Assembly (NCBI GenBank): GCA_035627515.1
Contig: DASPLQ010000012.1
Span: forward strand, 842,331 to 906,330
DNA length: 64,000 bases
Direction: 5' to 3'
DNA from: Vitreimonas sp.
GTDB taxonomy: Bacteria; Patescibacteriota; Microgenomatia; UBA1400; PJMF01
In this document: positions 17,305 through 26,482 of the stretch, piece after piece
How the letters are laid out: the number at the start of each line of letters is the position of its first letter
Position numbering within the stretch: position 1 is the stretch's first letter
Made by a program: the position numbers and the translations under genes
The notes under the pieces: generated by a model
Told to the model about the DNA's origin: nothing
The model's database searches: none
Seen by the model: the letters and a program-made list of their open reading frames with translations, nothing else

Positions 17305-18571
17305 ATAAACACCAGCTACTACCTCCTGACAAAAGTGACCCAGTAAGTATAGCACCAATGGTTAGGAGTTTAGAGGGAGTCTGGCGTTCCAGATTACTGA
17401 CAGGCCCAGCTAGACGAGCAGAACTTGAGGCTAAGAGTGGAGAGGGCAGAAGTTGCAATTGAGCTAGGTCGAGCTGCTGGGATACAAAAGAACTAGAACG
17501 AGGAGATACGTTAGTACTATCTAGACTGGCTGAGCTATTCATGGGTGTATTTAACTCAGCCTCTATCACTTTCTCCACTGCTGAAAAATTACCGTTGGGT
17601 GATGGCGATGGAGTGGGAAAAGGAGAGGGGCTCGAACTGATGTTATCTATGATATTACTGATATTTTTTGTTGGTACCAAGGTTTCTGCCCAACTTCCTT
17701 GATAAAGTACGAAGCTTCGACCACTGTTACAGCTGCCAAACTGTACCGTAAACAATGTATGACCCTCAGGAGTTTCCAAACTGATGCTATCGCCGGAATT
17801 ATTCAACAAACTTCCCGACCAACTCAGTGCTACCCACCCTTGAGCTGGTACCAGGCCGGAGACAAAGCGTGAACTCCCGCTTTGGTCTCTCACGCGCCAA
17901 TTGGTGAGCGTAAAACTGACATTGGCAGAGTTATAAATTTCTAGCCACTCAGTTTCACCTTCACTAGGGCAGGCTACGATCTCAGAAGGCGTGAAGTGCG
18001 TGGGGTAGGAAACAGGAGAAGGAGACGGTGACGGAGTTGGGGTGGCACTCGGCAGGGGAGAAGCAATGGGACTAGAAGAGGGCACAACTGATGGTGACGG
18101 GTTCGGGCTAGGACTTGGCAGTGCTGGATTAGGGTAGCTACGGCTAGGAGCTTGCAATTTAAACTCTGCTACCACTTCGCCATTTGGCGACCGGGCCCAA
18201 CTCATGTCGGTTTGAGTACTGCTATAGCTGACACCATCCATATTTATCAGAGCTGGTGTCTTTAAGCTGATGTTATCACCGCCATTGTTTAGTTTGTTAC
18301 TCACCTCTACCACATGATAACTATGGGGTGCCAAGAGCAAGCCACTTTCTAGAGTATGGATTAAACTCGGGACACTGATCGCATCCCACAGTTGCCAACC
18401 AGATAGGTCAACCGTCTCCGGGCCGGTGTTGTATAACTCAATCCACTCTTCGCCTGTGCTAGGGGCCGGATGCAGTTCATTGATGATCACAGCTGCCTTA
18501 ACACTTCCTGGGGCAGTCATCAGGAAAAAAGAGACGAGGAGTGAAAATAACAAGAATTTAGTCATGAGCAA
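17267..18571 (-). CDS. Secreted/membrane-anchored protein with two lamin-tail (LTD) domains, a Pro/Ser/Thr-rich linker and a C-terminal TM anchor
   Basis: Signal peptide MLMTKFLLFSLLVSFFLMTAPGSVKA. LTD signature 1: VIINELHPAPSTGEEWIELYNTGPETVDLSGWQLWD. LTD signature 2: EGETEWLEIYNSANVSFTLTNWRVRD. Linker PSPSPNPSPSVVPSSSPIASPLPSATPTPSPSPSP. Hydrophobic C-terminus. Confidence 0.7.
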   Translation of the reverse strand: MLMTKFLLFSLLVSFFLMTAPGSVKAAVIINELHPAPSTGEEWIELYNTGPETVDLSGWQLWDAISVPSLIHTLESGLLLAPHSYHVVEVSNKLNNGGDNISLKTPALINMDGVSYSSTQTDMSWARSPNGEVVAEFKLQAPSRSYPNPALPSPSPNPSPSVVPSSSPIASPLPSATPTPSPSPSPVSYPTHFTPSEIVACPSEGETEWLEIYNSANVSFTLTNWRVRDQSGSSRFVSGLVPAQGWVALSWSGSLLNNSGDSISLETPEGHTLFTVQFGSCNSGRSFVLYQGSWAETLVPTKNISNIIDNISSSPSPFPTPSPSPNGNFSAVEKVIEAELNTPMNSSASLDSTNVSPRSSSFVSQQLDLAQLQLLPSPLLASSSARLAGPVSNLERQTPSKLLTIGAILTGSLLSGGSSWCLYAMVNHPTFHLG

Positions 18572-18737
18572 CCTTTCAGACTGTTACTAGGCATAAAGAG
18601 GGCTTTTTCAGCCTGCTCAAGGCTCATTTTAGCCCTCAAACCTTGCATAAAGCGTAGGAAGGGGGTGTTTGCTGGCTATGGCGGAGGAAAGTAATTTGAC
18701 CGTGTTGTCCTCCCTGGAGTTTGTTTATACTTAATAC

Positions 18738-21700
18738 ATGTTTTTGGGAAATAAGCTGCTCGCGTGGGTTACAAAAAACTGGGCTTTGGCATTATTAGTC
18801 TGTTTTTTGATGGCAATTTGTGTTGCTAATCTCAAACCTAGTTTTTACTTAATGGGCTGGGATAACTTTAGTGTCTCGCTCGATTTAAGACTCAATCTTC
18901 CTCGCACTTTTTTTGCTACCTGGAGAGAATACAGAGGATTTGGAGTTGCAAGTGATTCGGAAGTTGTAGACGTATTTAGACAGATGATCTTATTAGCTTT
19001 AGATCTACTTTTGCCGATTAATCTTGTGGAACAGATTTACTATTTGATGATGTTTAGTTTGGGGGGGATTGGGGCATTCCTATTAGTAAAACATGTGATT
19101 TCCAGCTCGTATGACACAGGTAGACCTCATATTATCCAAACATCCTCATTAATTGGAGCACTTTTTTATATTTCCAGTGTTAATACCCTCGATGTTTTTT
19201 ACTTACCAATTGTGATGTACATTGTCCGGTTCGCGTTATTTCCCTGGATTGTGTTTGTATTTTTATCTCTTTTATCGTCGCCTAAACTAAATAAAGGTCT
19301 TTTATTATTATTTGCCATTATTACCTTGTTTGGAACCCCAGCCTATCTCACGGCCACAATTTTTATTACGTTAATAATTTTATTAGGAACAACACTCTTT
19401 TCTTGTCCCGAAAAAATTGTGCGTTACTTTTTATTAATCAGTATTTTCTTGTTATTGAATACCTTTTGGTTGTTGCCATTTATCAATTACACAGTTAATA
19501 AATCCGATCGAATCGCACAGTCTGCTACTTTCTCACTTATCAATGAAGGTCTACTGAATCAATTTGCTGAAAGGTTCGCGCCAGGCAGAATTCTAAGTTT
19601 TTCTGCTGAAATATTTGCAGGGATGCCTTTTAGCTTTCTGGACTCTGGGAAGTTTTTTGAAATTCATGATGGGGTGCATTACACACAAATAAATAACCCC
19701 GTTCCTTATTATTTATTTTTGCCCCTGCTATTAGCTTTAGCAGGTTTAACTATATTAATTATTACTAGTGTAGTGAAAAAATCACCCAAGCTAATTTGGG
19801 TTGTACTATTATTTAGTGTCGCAACTTTTTTCCTTTTTAAAGAATACCAATCGTTAGGATTCTTATTTGATTCCTTATCACAGTATGTGCCGGTGGTAAA
19901 AATCATATTCCGTTTCGCCGGCACCAAGTTTTATATCCTCCTCACTATGGCTTTTATGTTATTAATTGCCATTACTGTTTTTTGGCTCCTTAATTTTATT
20001 CATGACTCCACTCCATCTAGTTTTAAAAAAGTATTGCAGTGGCTATTTTCAGCTTGGTTAATTGTAGCCATTTCGTGGTCAACATTTTTTTATCTACAAG
20101 GCAAGCTAACTTTTGATTTATTGTTCGTAGATCTTCCAGCTCCATATCATGAGATTGCCGAGACTATTAATAATGACCCTACTTTTGCTCGAGTTGTTCA
20201 CTTACCCTCTAATCAGCTTAATTATTGGAAAGTGTACGAATGGGGATATTATGGTTCAGCTTTTCTTAACTTCATGCTCGATAAACCATTAATTGATAAA
20301 ACCTTTTCACCCGCCAGTTTAGAAAACGATCAATTTTATTCAGCATTAGAAGACCTTAACAAAAACTTTACCAACTTAACTGCGCAGGATCAAAAAGCAA
20401 GAGCTCAGCAGGTATACAGTTTGTTTCATACTGCAGGGGTAAAGTATGTGATTAATGATGAAACTGTTGATATTAGTAATCTTACGGCCAAAAATATTAA
20501 AACCTGGGACTATTCGCAAACATTCGATATGACGCCATTGGTTATCAAGATGAAGGAAGAGGGTTTGTTGCAAGAAATTATAAAAAGAAATATTAATATT
20601 ACTGAATTTACTCAAAAATACGGGTTAATTCCAGAACAAGTAGGGCAAAATGCTCACCAGGATAGGGCTATTACTCTTTTTGCTCTTTCCAACTTTGAGA
20701 CGTCTTCAGTGAGGTCAGTGCCCAGTGTTACTAATTATGATGCCAACATGGAGAATGCACTGTTATCGTTAGCAACTGATGACGAGCAAACATTTACTCA
20801 AAACGAAAAAGCTGAAGCTGGCTATTTACCATTTTTGACTACACATAAAAACGTTACTAAGCAAAAAGATCACTGGGAATTCGGTAATCCTTCAAATACT
20901 CCACTTGAGTTTGCGTTTAATACAGCCACTGTTTCAGCAAAAAATGTCTCTGAAGCATATGATATTTTTCTGCAAAAAAATGATAAAAATTTAACAATCT
21001 TTGCCCAAAGAACCCAATTACCTTTTGAGAAGAAATTCCGCCCGGAAGCTGCTAAAGAGTTGCTAGTGGTTCCAATGACGCGGTTAAATTGGAAGCAGAT
21101 TCAAAAAGGAGCCTTTACGAATCAGTACGCAAATGATTGGCACATGTTAGGGCTGCGTCCAGTCAGTAATTATCGGTTACAAATTGGTGATTTAGTTTTG
21201 CCCATTCCTATGGACGTTTATGAACAACCCAGTTATTTAAGTACAATTCTTAGTAGCTCGGAAACCAATATTTCCATACTTGAACATGATCAGAAAGATG
21301 AAGCGGCTGCAGCTCTCAAATTAGATACTCTTGGGTTTCTGCCCGAACCTAATTGTTACCCTGATAAAAAATCTAGTTTCGAAACTAGCATTGATGCCAA
21401 TGAAAACAACTTAGTTTGGAAAACGAAAGATGGCACCAGCTGCTTATCACTTCCGCTGGGTTTTGAAGTCAACCAAGCTGATGCAGAAGGCTTCCAAAGC
21501 TATCTGGAGTTAACATTAACTACTACTCATCAAACTACTGAGAGTGAGATTGAAAACCAACAATTCTCACCTTTAAAAATTCAGCGAGCTATTCGCGGTG
21601 AAGTAGCGGATCTCCCCAACTATACAAGTCTGGAATATTGTTTTGCAGATAGTGATGACCAGCGCTGTCTTAATTATCGGCAAGCACTGAGAACTTTATC

Positions 21701-22922
21701 AAAAGAAAGTACGGTGACTATTACTAGTCAACGCACACTTAATCAACCTAATGGCTATGTCACGTTAATTTTGCCGCGTATAAACGAAGAAGAACATACT
21801 GTGAATATCTCTCAATTAGCGCTCAATACTTTTTCACCTTTAGTGACTACAAATGTGACCTTGCCCAGCGCTATTAATACTGGCACTAGACCAAAGATAA
21901 CTTCAGCATTGTCCTTGCCCTATGTGCTCTCCACCAGTTCTTATTTTTTCAATCCTCAAGTGGAGGCATTGCAGTTGCGGTTTAGAAGTAGCTGTGAACA
22001 TGGATCAGGTGACCATCGCTTACAAAGAGTGAGAATGGCCAAAGAGGGGACAAATAATTCTGTATTGAGTTATGTTGACGATTGTTATCAAAGCATTTTT
22101 ACGGTGATTCCTTTTAATCCTCATAATCTCTATTTCTTAGGTACACAGTATCATGTTTACACTGGCAATCAACCACAATGGATAGCTAGCCAGGATTATG
22201 CACTCAAACATGAATTATTGTCACGTTATGACTATTACCCAAATATGCCTAACTTCAAAACCCTGCAGCACGCAGATCGGTTTTTGAGCACGGTATCTTC
22301 GGCACGGGAAGAAGTTAAAAAAGAGCTTAATAAATATGCTTCTCTAGCCGCTTATACTACCGTCCAGCCGGTAGGAAACACCTTAACCAAAGATCAGTTC
22401 ATTGAAATTCATCACCCAGTTGGGAATCAAGGCTTGATGCAGTTGTGGGATTTGACCATTATGGCATTACCTGCAAGCTGGGGTTCAGTTAAGCTAACGC
22501 CACCTAATCCCGAACAACGCTTTGATGAAGTGCAAGTAAAAACGATTACTCGAGTTTTGCCTTCGCTGTGGAAAGCTGAGATAGAATTGCCTCGCGAATG
22601 GAAATATGGCCGAGCTTTTCTAGAATTTGGCCAGGCATATGATCAGCAATGGCAGTTTTTTGTAGCTCGTTCACCATGGCAAGTCTTTTTTAATAAAGGC
22701 CATTTGCCGGTTGAGCCTGTGAAAGTTAATGGTTGGGCTAATGGTTTTATAATTGCCAAAGAGCAGTTGCCAACCACAAATTCGTCTTTAACCGTTTACT
22801 TCTTTTATATCCCAGAAAGATTAGCAATTGTGGGCTGGATGATCACCATTACTACTGTGATGGCAGTAATTCTTTACTGTGAATGGGCAAAGCTAAAAGC
22901 TTTGTTCAGATTTAAGCGGTAG
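18738..22922 (+). CDS. Giant (1394 aa) membrane protein: N-terminal ~450-aa multi-TM GT-C-like domain, ~900-aa extracytoplasmic domain, C-terminal TM helix (AftD/DUF3367-like architecture?)
   Basis: Translation shows ~12 TM segments at the N-terminus, a long hydrophilic Asn/Thr-rich region, and a terminal TM (LAIVGWMITITTVMAVILY). Family assignment is by architecture only. Confidence 0.5.
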   Translation: MFLGNKLLAWVTKNWALALLVCFLMAICVANLKPSFYLMGWDNFSVSLDLRLNLPRTFFATWREYRGFGVASDSEVVDVFRQMILLALDLLLPINLVEQIYYLMMFSLGGIGAFLLVKHVISSSYDTGRPHIIQTSSLIGALFYISSVNTLDVFYLPIVMYIVRFALFPWIVFVFLSLLSSPKLNKGLLLLFAIITLFGTPAYLTATIFITLIILLGTTLFSCPEKIVRYFLLISIFLLLNTFWLLPFINYTVNKSDRIAQSATFSLINEGLLNQFAERFAPGRILSFSAEIFAGMPFSFLDSGKFFEIHDGVHYTQINNPVPYYLFLPLLLALAGLTILIITSVVKKSPKLIWVVLLFSVATFFLFKEYQSLGFLFDSLSQYVPVVKIIFRFAGTKFYILLTMAFMLLIAITVFWLLNFIHDSTPSSFKKVLQWLFSAWLIVAISWSTFFYLQGKLTFDLLFVDLPAPYHEIAETINNDPTFARVVHLPSNQLNYWKVYEWGYYGSAFLNFMLDKPLIDKTFSPASLENDQFYSALEDLNKNFTNLTAQDQKARAQQVYSLFHTAGVKYVINDETVDISNLTAKNIKTWDYSQTFDMTPLVIKMKEEGLLQEIIKRNINITEFTQKYGLIPEQVGQNAHQDRAITLFALSNFETSSVRSVPSVTNYDANMENALLSLATDDEQTFTQNEKAEAGYLPFLTTHKNVTKQKDHWEFGNPSNTPLEFAFNTATVSAKNVSEAYDIFLQKNDKNLTIFAQRTQLPFEKKFRPEAAKELLVVPMTRLNWKQIQKGAFTNQYANDWHMLGLRPVSNYRLQIGDLVLPIPMDVYEQPSYLSTILSSSETNISILEHDQKDEAAAALKLDTLGFLPEPNCYPDKKSSFETSIDANENNLVWKTKDGTSCLSLPLGFEVNQADAEGFQSYLELTLTTTHQTTESEIENQQFSPLKIQRAIRGEVADLPNYTSLEYCFADSDDQRCLNYRQALRTLSKESTVTITSQRTLNQPNGYVTLILPRINEEEHTVNISQLALNTFSPLVTTNVTLPSAINTGTRPKITSALSLPYVLSTSSYFFNPQVEALQLRFRSSCEHGSGDHRLQRVRMAKEGTNNSVLSYVDDCYQSIFTVIPFNPHNLYFLGTQYHVYTGNQPQWIASQDYALKHELLSRYDYYPNMPNFKTLQHADRFLSTVSSAREEVKKELNKYASLAAYTTVQPVGNTLTKDQFIEIHHPVGNQGLMQLWDLTIMALPASWGSVKLTPPNPEQRFDEVQVKTITRVLPSLWKAEIELPREWKYGRAFLEFGQAYDQQWQFFVARSPWQVFFNKGHLPVEPVKVNGWANGFIIAKEQLPTTNSSLTVYFFYIPERLAIVGWMITITTVMAVILYCEWAKLKALFRFKR

Positions 22923-23821
22923 CGAAACGTGTATTTTTTAATCGTCAACAGATTCTGTTTGAGATAACTCATGAATAAGTGGTTTTGGATCTTACGCAGG
23001 ATACGATAGACCCACCAGTTGAATTGCGCAGGGAATAATAAACCAGCTACCACTTGTGCTACCCAAAACGTTTTTTCAAACCAGGTAGGTTGCTGAATCA
23101 TCTCGGCAGCCCATTCATGGACAGCCCAGGTTTTTTGCATTTGGCGGTGATGACTCTTAATGGAACCACAATGGTCGTGCCAGCGCACTTTAGTCATGAT
23201 ACTAGGCAGATTGGCCATTTTACCGACACTGCCCAATTGATACCACATGTGAACGTCGTCTGCTGGCCAGAAGTACTGACTATAACCTTCGGTTTGTTCC
23301 CAAGCAGATTTTAAGTACATCACAGTAGGATCTGAGTAAGGACTTAAGATCATCCATTGCTTGCGGATGGCTTTATCAGTTAAAGGAAAGCGGATAATAT
23401 CAAATTTAGCTTCTGTGTTAGTAAACAACTGGATAGTACCACCGACGACCACGTGTTCAGGGTGGGTTTCTAAGAAAGCCACTTGTTTCTCTAAACGGTC
23501 TTTGACCATGATATCGTCTTGGTTGATCCGAGCAATGTATTTACCATTAGCTTTCTTAACACCAAAGTTAAGACAGCGGGTCATACCTCGGTTTTTACGG
23601 AAACCATAATAATGAATATTGGAGTATTTCTCAGCGTACTCTAAACACTTTTGGCGACTTTTATCGGTACTACCGTCATCAACTAAGATAATCTCAAAAT
23701 TCGTATAAGAACTATTTAAGACGGATTGAATAGCTTCATCTAAAAATTCAGTACCGTTATAAACAGGAATCAAAACAGACACTAACGGCTGATTAGAATT
23801 ATTGGGCAGTTTTTTACTCAT
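22874..23821 (-). CDS. Family 2 glycosyltransferase
   Basis: LVSVLIPVYNGTEFLDEAIQSVLNSSYTNFEIILVDDGSTD is the GT-A DxD/Rossmann signature. Start taken at MSKKLPNN. Confidence 0.85.
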   Translation of the reverse strand: MSKKLPNNSNQPLVSVLIPVYNGTEFLDEAIQSVLNSSYTNFEIILVDDGSTDKSRQKCLEYAEKYSNIHYYGFRKNRGMTRCLNFGVKKANGKYIARINQDDIMVKDRLEKQVAFLETHPEHVVVGGTIQLFTNTEAKFDIIRFPLTDKAIRKQWMILSPYSDPTVMYLKSAWEQTEGYSQYFWPADDVHMWYQLGSVGKMANLPSIMTKVRWHDHCGSIKSHHRQMQKTWAVHEWAAEMIQQPTWFEKTFWVAQVVAGLLFPAQFNWWVYRILRKIQNHLFMSYLKQNLLTIKKYTFRYRLNLNKAFSFAHSQ

Positions 23822-23885
23822 ACAAGATCTAAATATATCATAAAATATCACTAAAGTCAATGTTATAGGACTCTTTAAGGCAAAG

Positions 23886-23915
23886 AAAAGCCCCGGGATG
23901 GTTACCGGGGCTTTT
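23886..23915. terminator. Bidirectional intrinsic terminator
   Basis: AAAAG-CCCCGG-(8-nt loop)-CCGGGG-CTTTT, read directly; downstream of the minus-strand gene 23944..24750. Confidence 0.7.
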
Positions 23916-23943
23916 GACAAGGTTATAGGTTTTTTTGGTGGCA

Positions 23944-24750
23944 CTACTGGAGTGCTACCGCCCAGAATACACCTCCTTCGCACCCACTGAATGAGCGGAG
24001 TGAAGGGTCTGGGGGCAAATCGTAATGACTTGCCGGTGACCAGATGAAAATTTGTCCCCAACCCAGGTGGTCAGCCTTGAGCGGGTAAGCAACATCTGCG
24101 GGAGTGCTAACCCGTGAAGCGTTGCTGCACCAGACCAGCCAGGTTGTCTGGAAAGGAAGGGTAAGCTCCGCCCCCTCCAAGCGGGTGGCATTTGCGACTG
24201 CCGCCTGAGTCTGGATTGCCTGTATTGCAGCAACCATTGCGTTTTGGGCTGCTTCATTGCTTCCAGCGTCCCAAACGCCTGACTGGGCTTGTCGGACGAA
24301 AATAGCTGCTAACGTGGATTGTCCGGCTGCAAGTCCACGTCCTTGTTCGTCGTATCCGAGGGCGACGATCCCTGTTGTCCCATTTGCAGCAGGGACTTCC
24401 TGCTGTGCAACTTGACCCTGTTGCGAGGGAAGAGCGGAGCCGCCGCTCATATCTGCTGCCGGTTGGTTATTCAGGGCGGCGACTGTGTTGTTACTCCCCG
24501 GAACAGGTGTGGACGCGGGGGTAGTAGCAACTGTCGGCGTAGCGTCCTTTGCTGTAATCGCTGCATAGGCTTGATCCCCCTGATCTTTAACAAAGGGAAT
24601 CATCATGAGCGTAAGCCCACAGCCCAGCAGTAACAGCGGGACGGCGCAACCGAAAAAGCAAGCGCATCCTATCAGATTATTTCCCAGCCAATAAATTGGC
24701 ATGAAGAGATAATCGAAGAATCCAAGCTCACTGTTACCTCTGTTTTCCAT
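23944..24750 (-). CDS. Membrane-anchored Ala/Gln/Thr-rich low-complexity protein (268 aa)
   Basis: Strong SD: GAGGAGG 7 nt upstream of the ATG. Two N-terminal hydrophobic segments, then an Ala/Gln/Gly/Pro-rich sequence, which explains the local ~58% GC. Confidence 0.6.
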   Translation of the reverse strand: MENRGNSELGFFDYLFMPIYWLGNNLIGCACFFGCAVPLLLLGCGLTLMMIPFVKDQGDQAYAAITAKDATPTVATTPASTPVPGSNNTVAALNNQPAADMSGGSALPSQQGQVAQQEVPAANGTTGIVALGYDEQGRGLAAGQSTLAAIFVRQAQSGVWDAGSNEAAQNAMVAAIQAIQTQAAVANATRLEGAELTLPFQTTWLVWCSNASRVSTPADVAYPLKADHLGWGQIFIWSPASHYDLPPDPSLRSFSGCEGGVFWAVALQ

Positions 24751-25270
24751 TAGTACCTCCTCACGGACTCGCTAGACCTAAATCGGCCATCGCTATCCGC
24801 ACCACAGTAAGCACAAAAAGTTATGCCCACGGTGATGCGGATAAATCCGCCAAGGAAGTTTTTTCAAACCTATATGCCTTGTTAAGGTACCCTTTATCTT
24901 TAAAGGTCAATTGGCCGAGGCCGCATGGCTTCATTGATAAAGTATCCTAGTTTTGCTGCTTCTTCATGTGTGCCGAGAAAGTGAGTCAGCGATGACTCGG
25001 TCCCGGCGGGACGTGTTTCTGCAGCGTGATATCTTTTTAGTGGGAAAATGTGAAAAAGAGATGGACGCTACAGACACAGCCTATTGCGTTTTAAAGAAGA
25101 CTTGGGCAGTCATTTTTCATCATATTTAATTGTAATAACTTTAGCATAAAAGGCCTATAATGTCAAGTATATGGGCCTAAATTAGGTATATTGGATAAGT
25201 ATTATATCATGGTGCACTCGAGGAAAGATCCTGATGAACTCAGATTAGGCATGAGTTACAATACAGCCCT

Positions 25271-26017
25271 ATGTCTGAAAGAATTTCCCTTAAAGTTGTT
25301 AAGTACTGGTTAGTGCAGCAAGAACGCTTTAATTCTCCAGCAGCAGCCACTAAAGCTATAGAAGTTTTAATGGAGAAATATCATTCTGCAGAGACACCGT
25401 ACTTTGAGTTTGATTATCAGGCTCAGGATTGGTACGTGACACAAGTGGGACTCGAGTTTTTAGCACAAGCCAGGGATTTATCAGAGAAATCTCAGGTGGT
25501 AGTAGCGGCCATGTTAAAACTAGCCGGCACTCCCGAGATAGTAAAAAGTGATAAGAGTCCTGAAGATGGTCAAGAGAGCTTGGAAAGCAGTCTGGCCAGT
25601 ATTCCCTCGGTGTTAGAAGCCGCGGCATTATTGAAGGCTGAGTCCCAGTTACCAGTGGCGGCCACGCGTAGATTACTAAACATGCTTTTTAACGTTAATA
25701 AGGATATAGAAATGATGGACAAGGTTAAACAACTATCCGATACAGATGTGGAAAGCATTGCCCGCTACTGGACCTGGTTGATGACCGAAGCTACTCAGCT
25801 TACCAAACCACTTAAGTTCGATGAGAGAACTATTCCCGTTTTAGTAGGCTTATATGGAACTGCCCAACCACGACCATTGACAATACTTGGCAATGAATTA
25901 AATCCGCCAGCTAATCCCAATGCAGTACGGCAAATCAACCAAACCACGCTCCGTCGGTTGCTCAGCCCCGCCTTGTTATTGCCGGTGAAGGAGTTTATCA
26001 CTCGTTCCGGTCATTAA
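25271..26017 (+). CDS. Hypothetical protein (248 aa)
   Basis: Intact ORF, no recognisable domain. Confidence 0.45.
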   Translation: MSERISLKVVKYWLVQQERFNSPAAATKAIEVLMEKYHSAETPYFEFDYQAQDWYVTQVGLEFLAQARDLSEKSQVVVAAMLKLAGTPEIVKSDKSPEDGQESLESSLASIPSVLEAAALLKAESQLPVAATRRLLNMLFNVNKDIEMMDKVKQLSDTDVESIARYWTWLMTEATQLTKPLKFDERTIPVLVGLYGTAQPRPLTILGNELNPPANPNAVRQINQTTLRRLLSPALLLPVKEFITRSGH

Positions 26018-26456
26018 TTACATTTGTCAAAGCTTCGAGTAGATTTTGCAGGGCTTGATCACTGAGGGCCATGGTTCTGATCATGCCAGCTTTGTCAGGG
26101 TCATCCAACCAACGATACGCAACTCGGTGAAGTACCTGGAACCACCGCTGGTCTTGAGGAATATTTAAGTAAATTTGTACGAGTAAGTGCCAAAATTCCA
26201 GCTCTTCCCACTTTTCCACAATTGGTTCCCAGTTAGCTACTGACCACTCTTCACTCAGCATCAAGTATTGGTATTCATGGGGAGGAAGTAAGAGATGTTT
26301 TTGAGAAAATAGTTCAGGGGGAGGAGCAGTTCCTGCGGCTTCCTCAGCCATAATTTCCGCATTGATGAGCCTTGCTTTGGCCTGAAAGGCGAGCCAGTTA
26401 GCAGCGGACATTGAGGGTTGATCACTTTCTAAAGACATTTGGGTATTGTAGCTCAT
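25998..26456 (-). CDS. Hypothetical acidic protein (152 aa)
   Basis: Intact ORF, Trp/Glu-rich, no recognisable domain; lies between the flanking plus-strand genes. Confidence 0.4.
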   Translation of the reverse strand: MSYNTQMSLESDQPSMSAANWLAFQAKARLINAEIMAEEAAGTAPPPELFSQKHLLLPPHEYQYLMLSEEWSVANWEPIVEKWEELEFWHLLVQIYLNIPQDQRWFQVLHRVAYRWLDDPDKAGMIRTMALSDQALQNLLEALTNVINDRNE

Positions 26457-26482
26457 TTTCGCTTGGTATTTACACCTCTATT

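Noticed and set aside
24319-24633. Cys-rich 104-aa plus-strand ORF, and 23955..24257 minus-strand ORF, in the GC-rich segment
   Set aside because: High GC suppresses stop codons in all frames. The 268-aa minus-strand frame has the perfect SD and the TM segments; these other frames have neither.
23944-24750. The high-GC segment considered as a structured RNA (RNase P/tmRNA/rRNA fragment) or a foreign island
   Set aside because: No conserved RNA motifs recognised. A continuous ORF with a strong SD spans it, and Ala/Gly/Gln/Pro codon content explains the GC. It is kept as a CDS, with the composition flagged as a finding.
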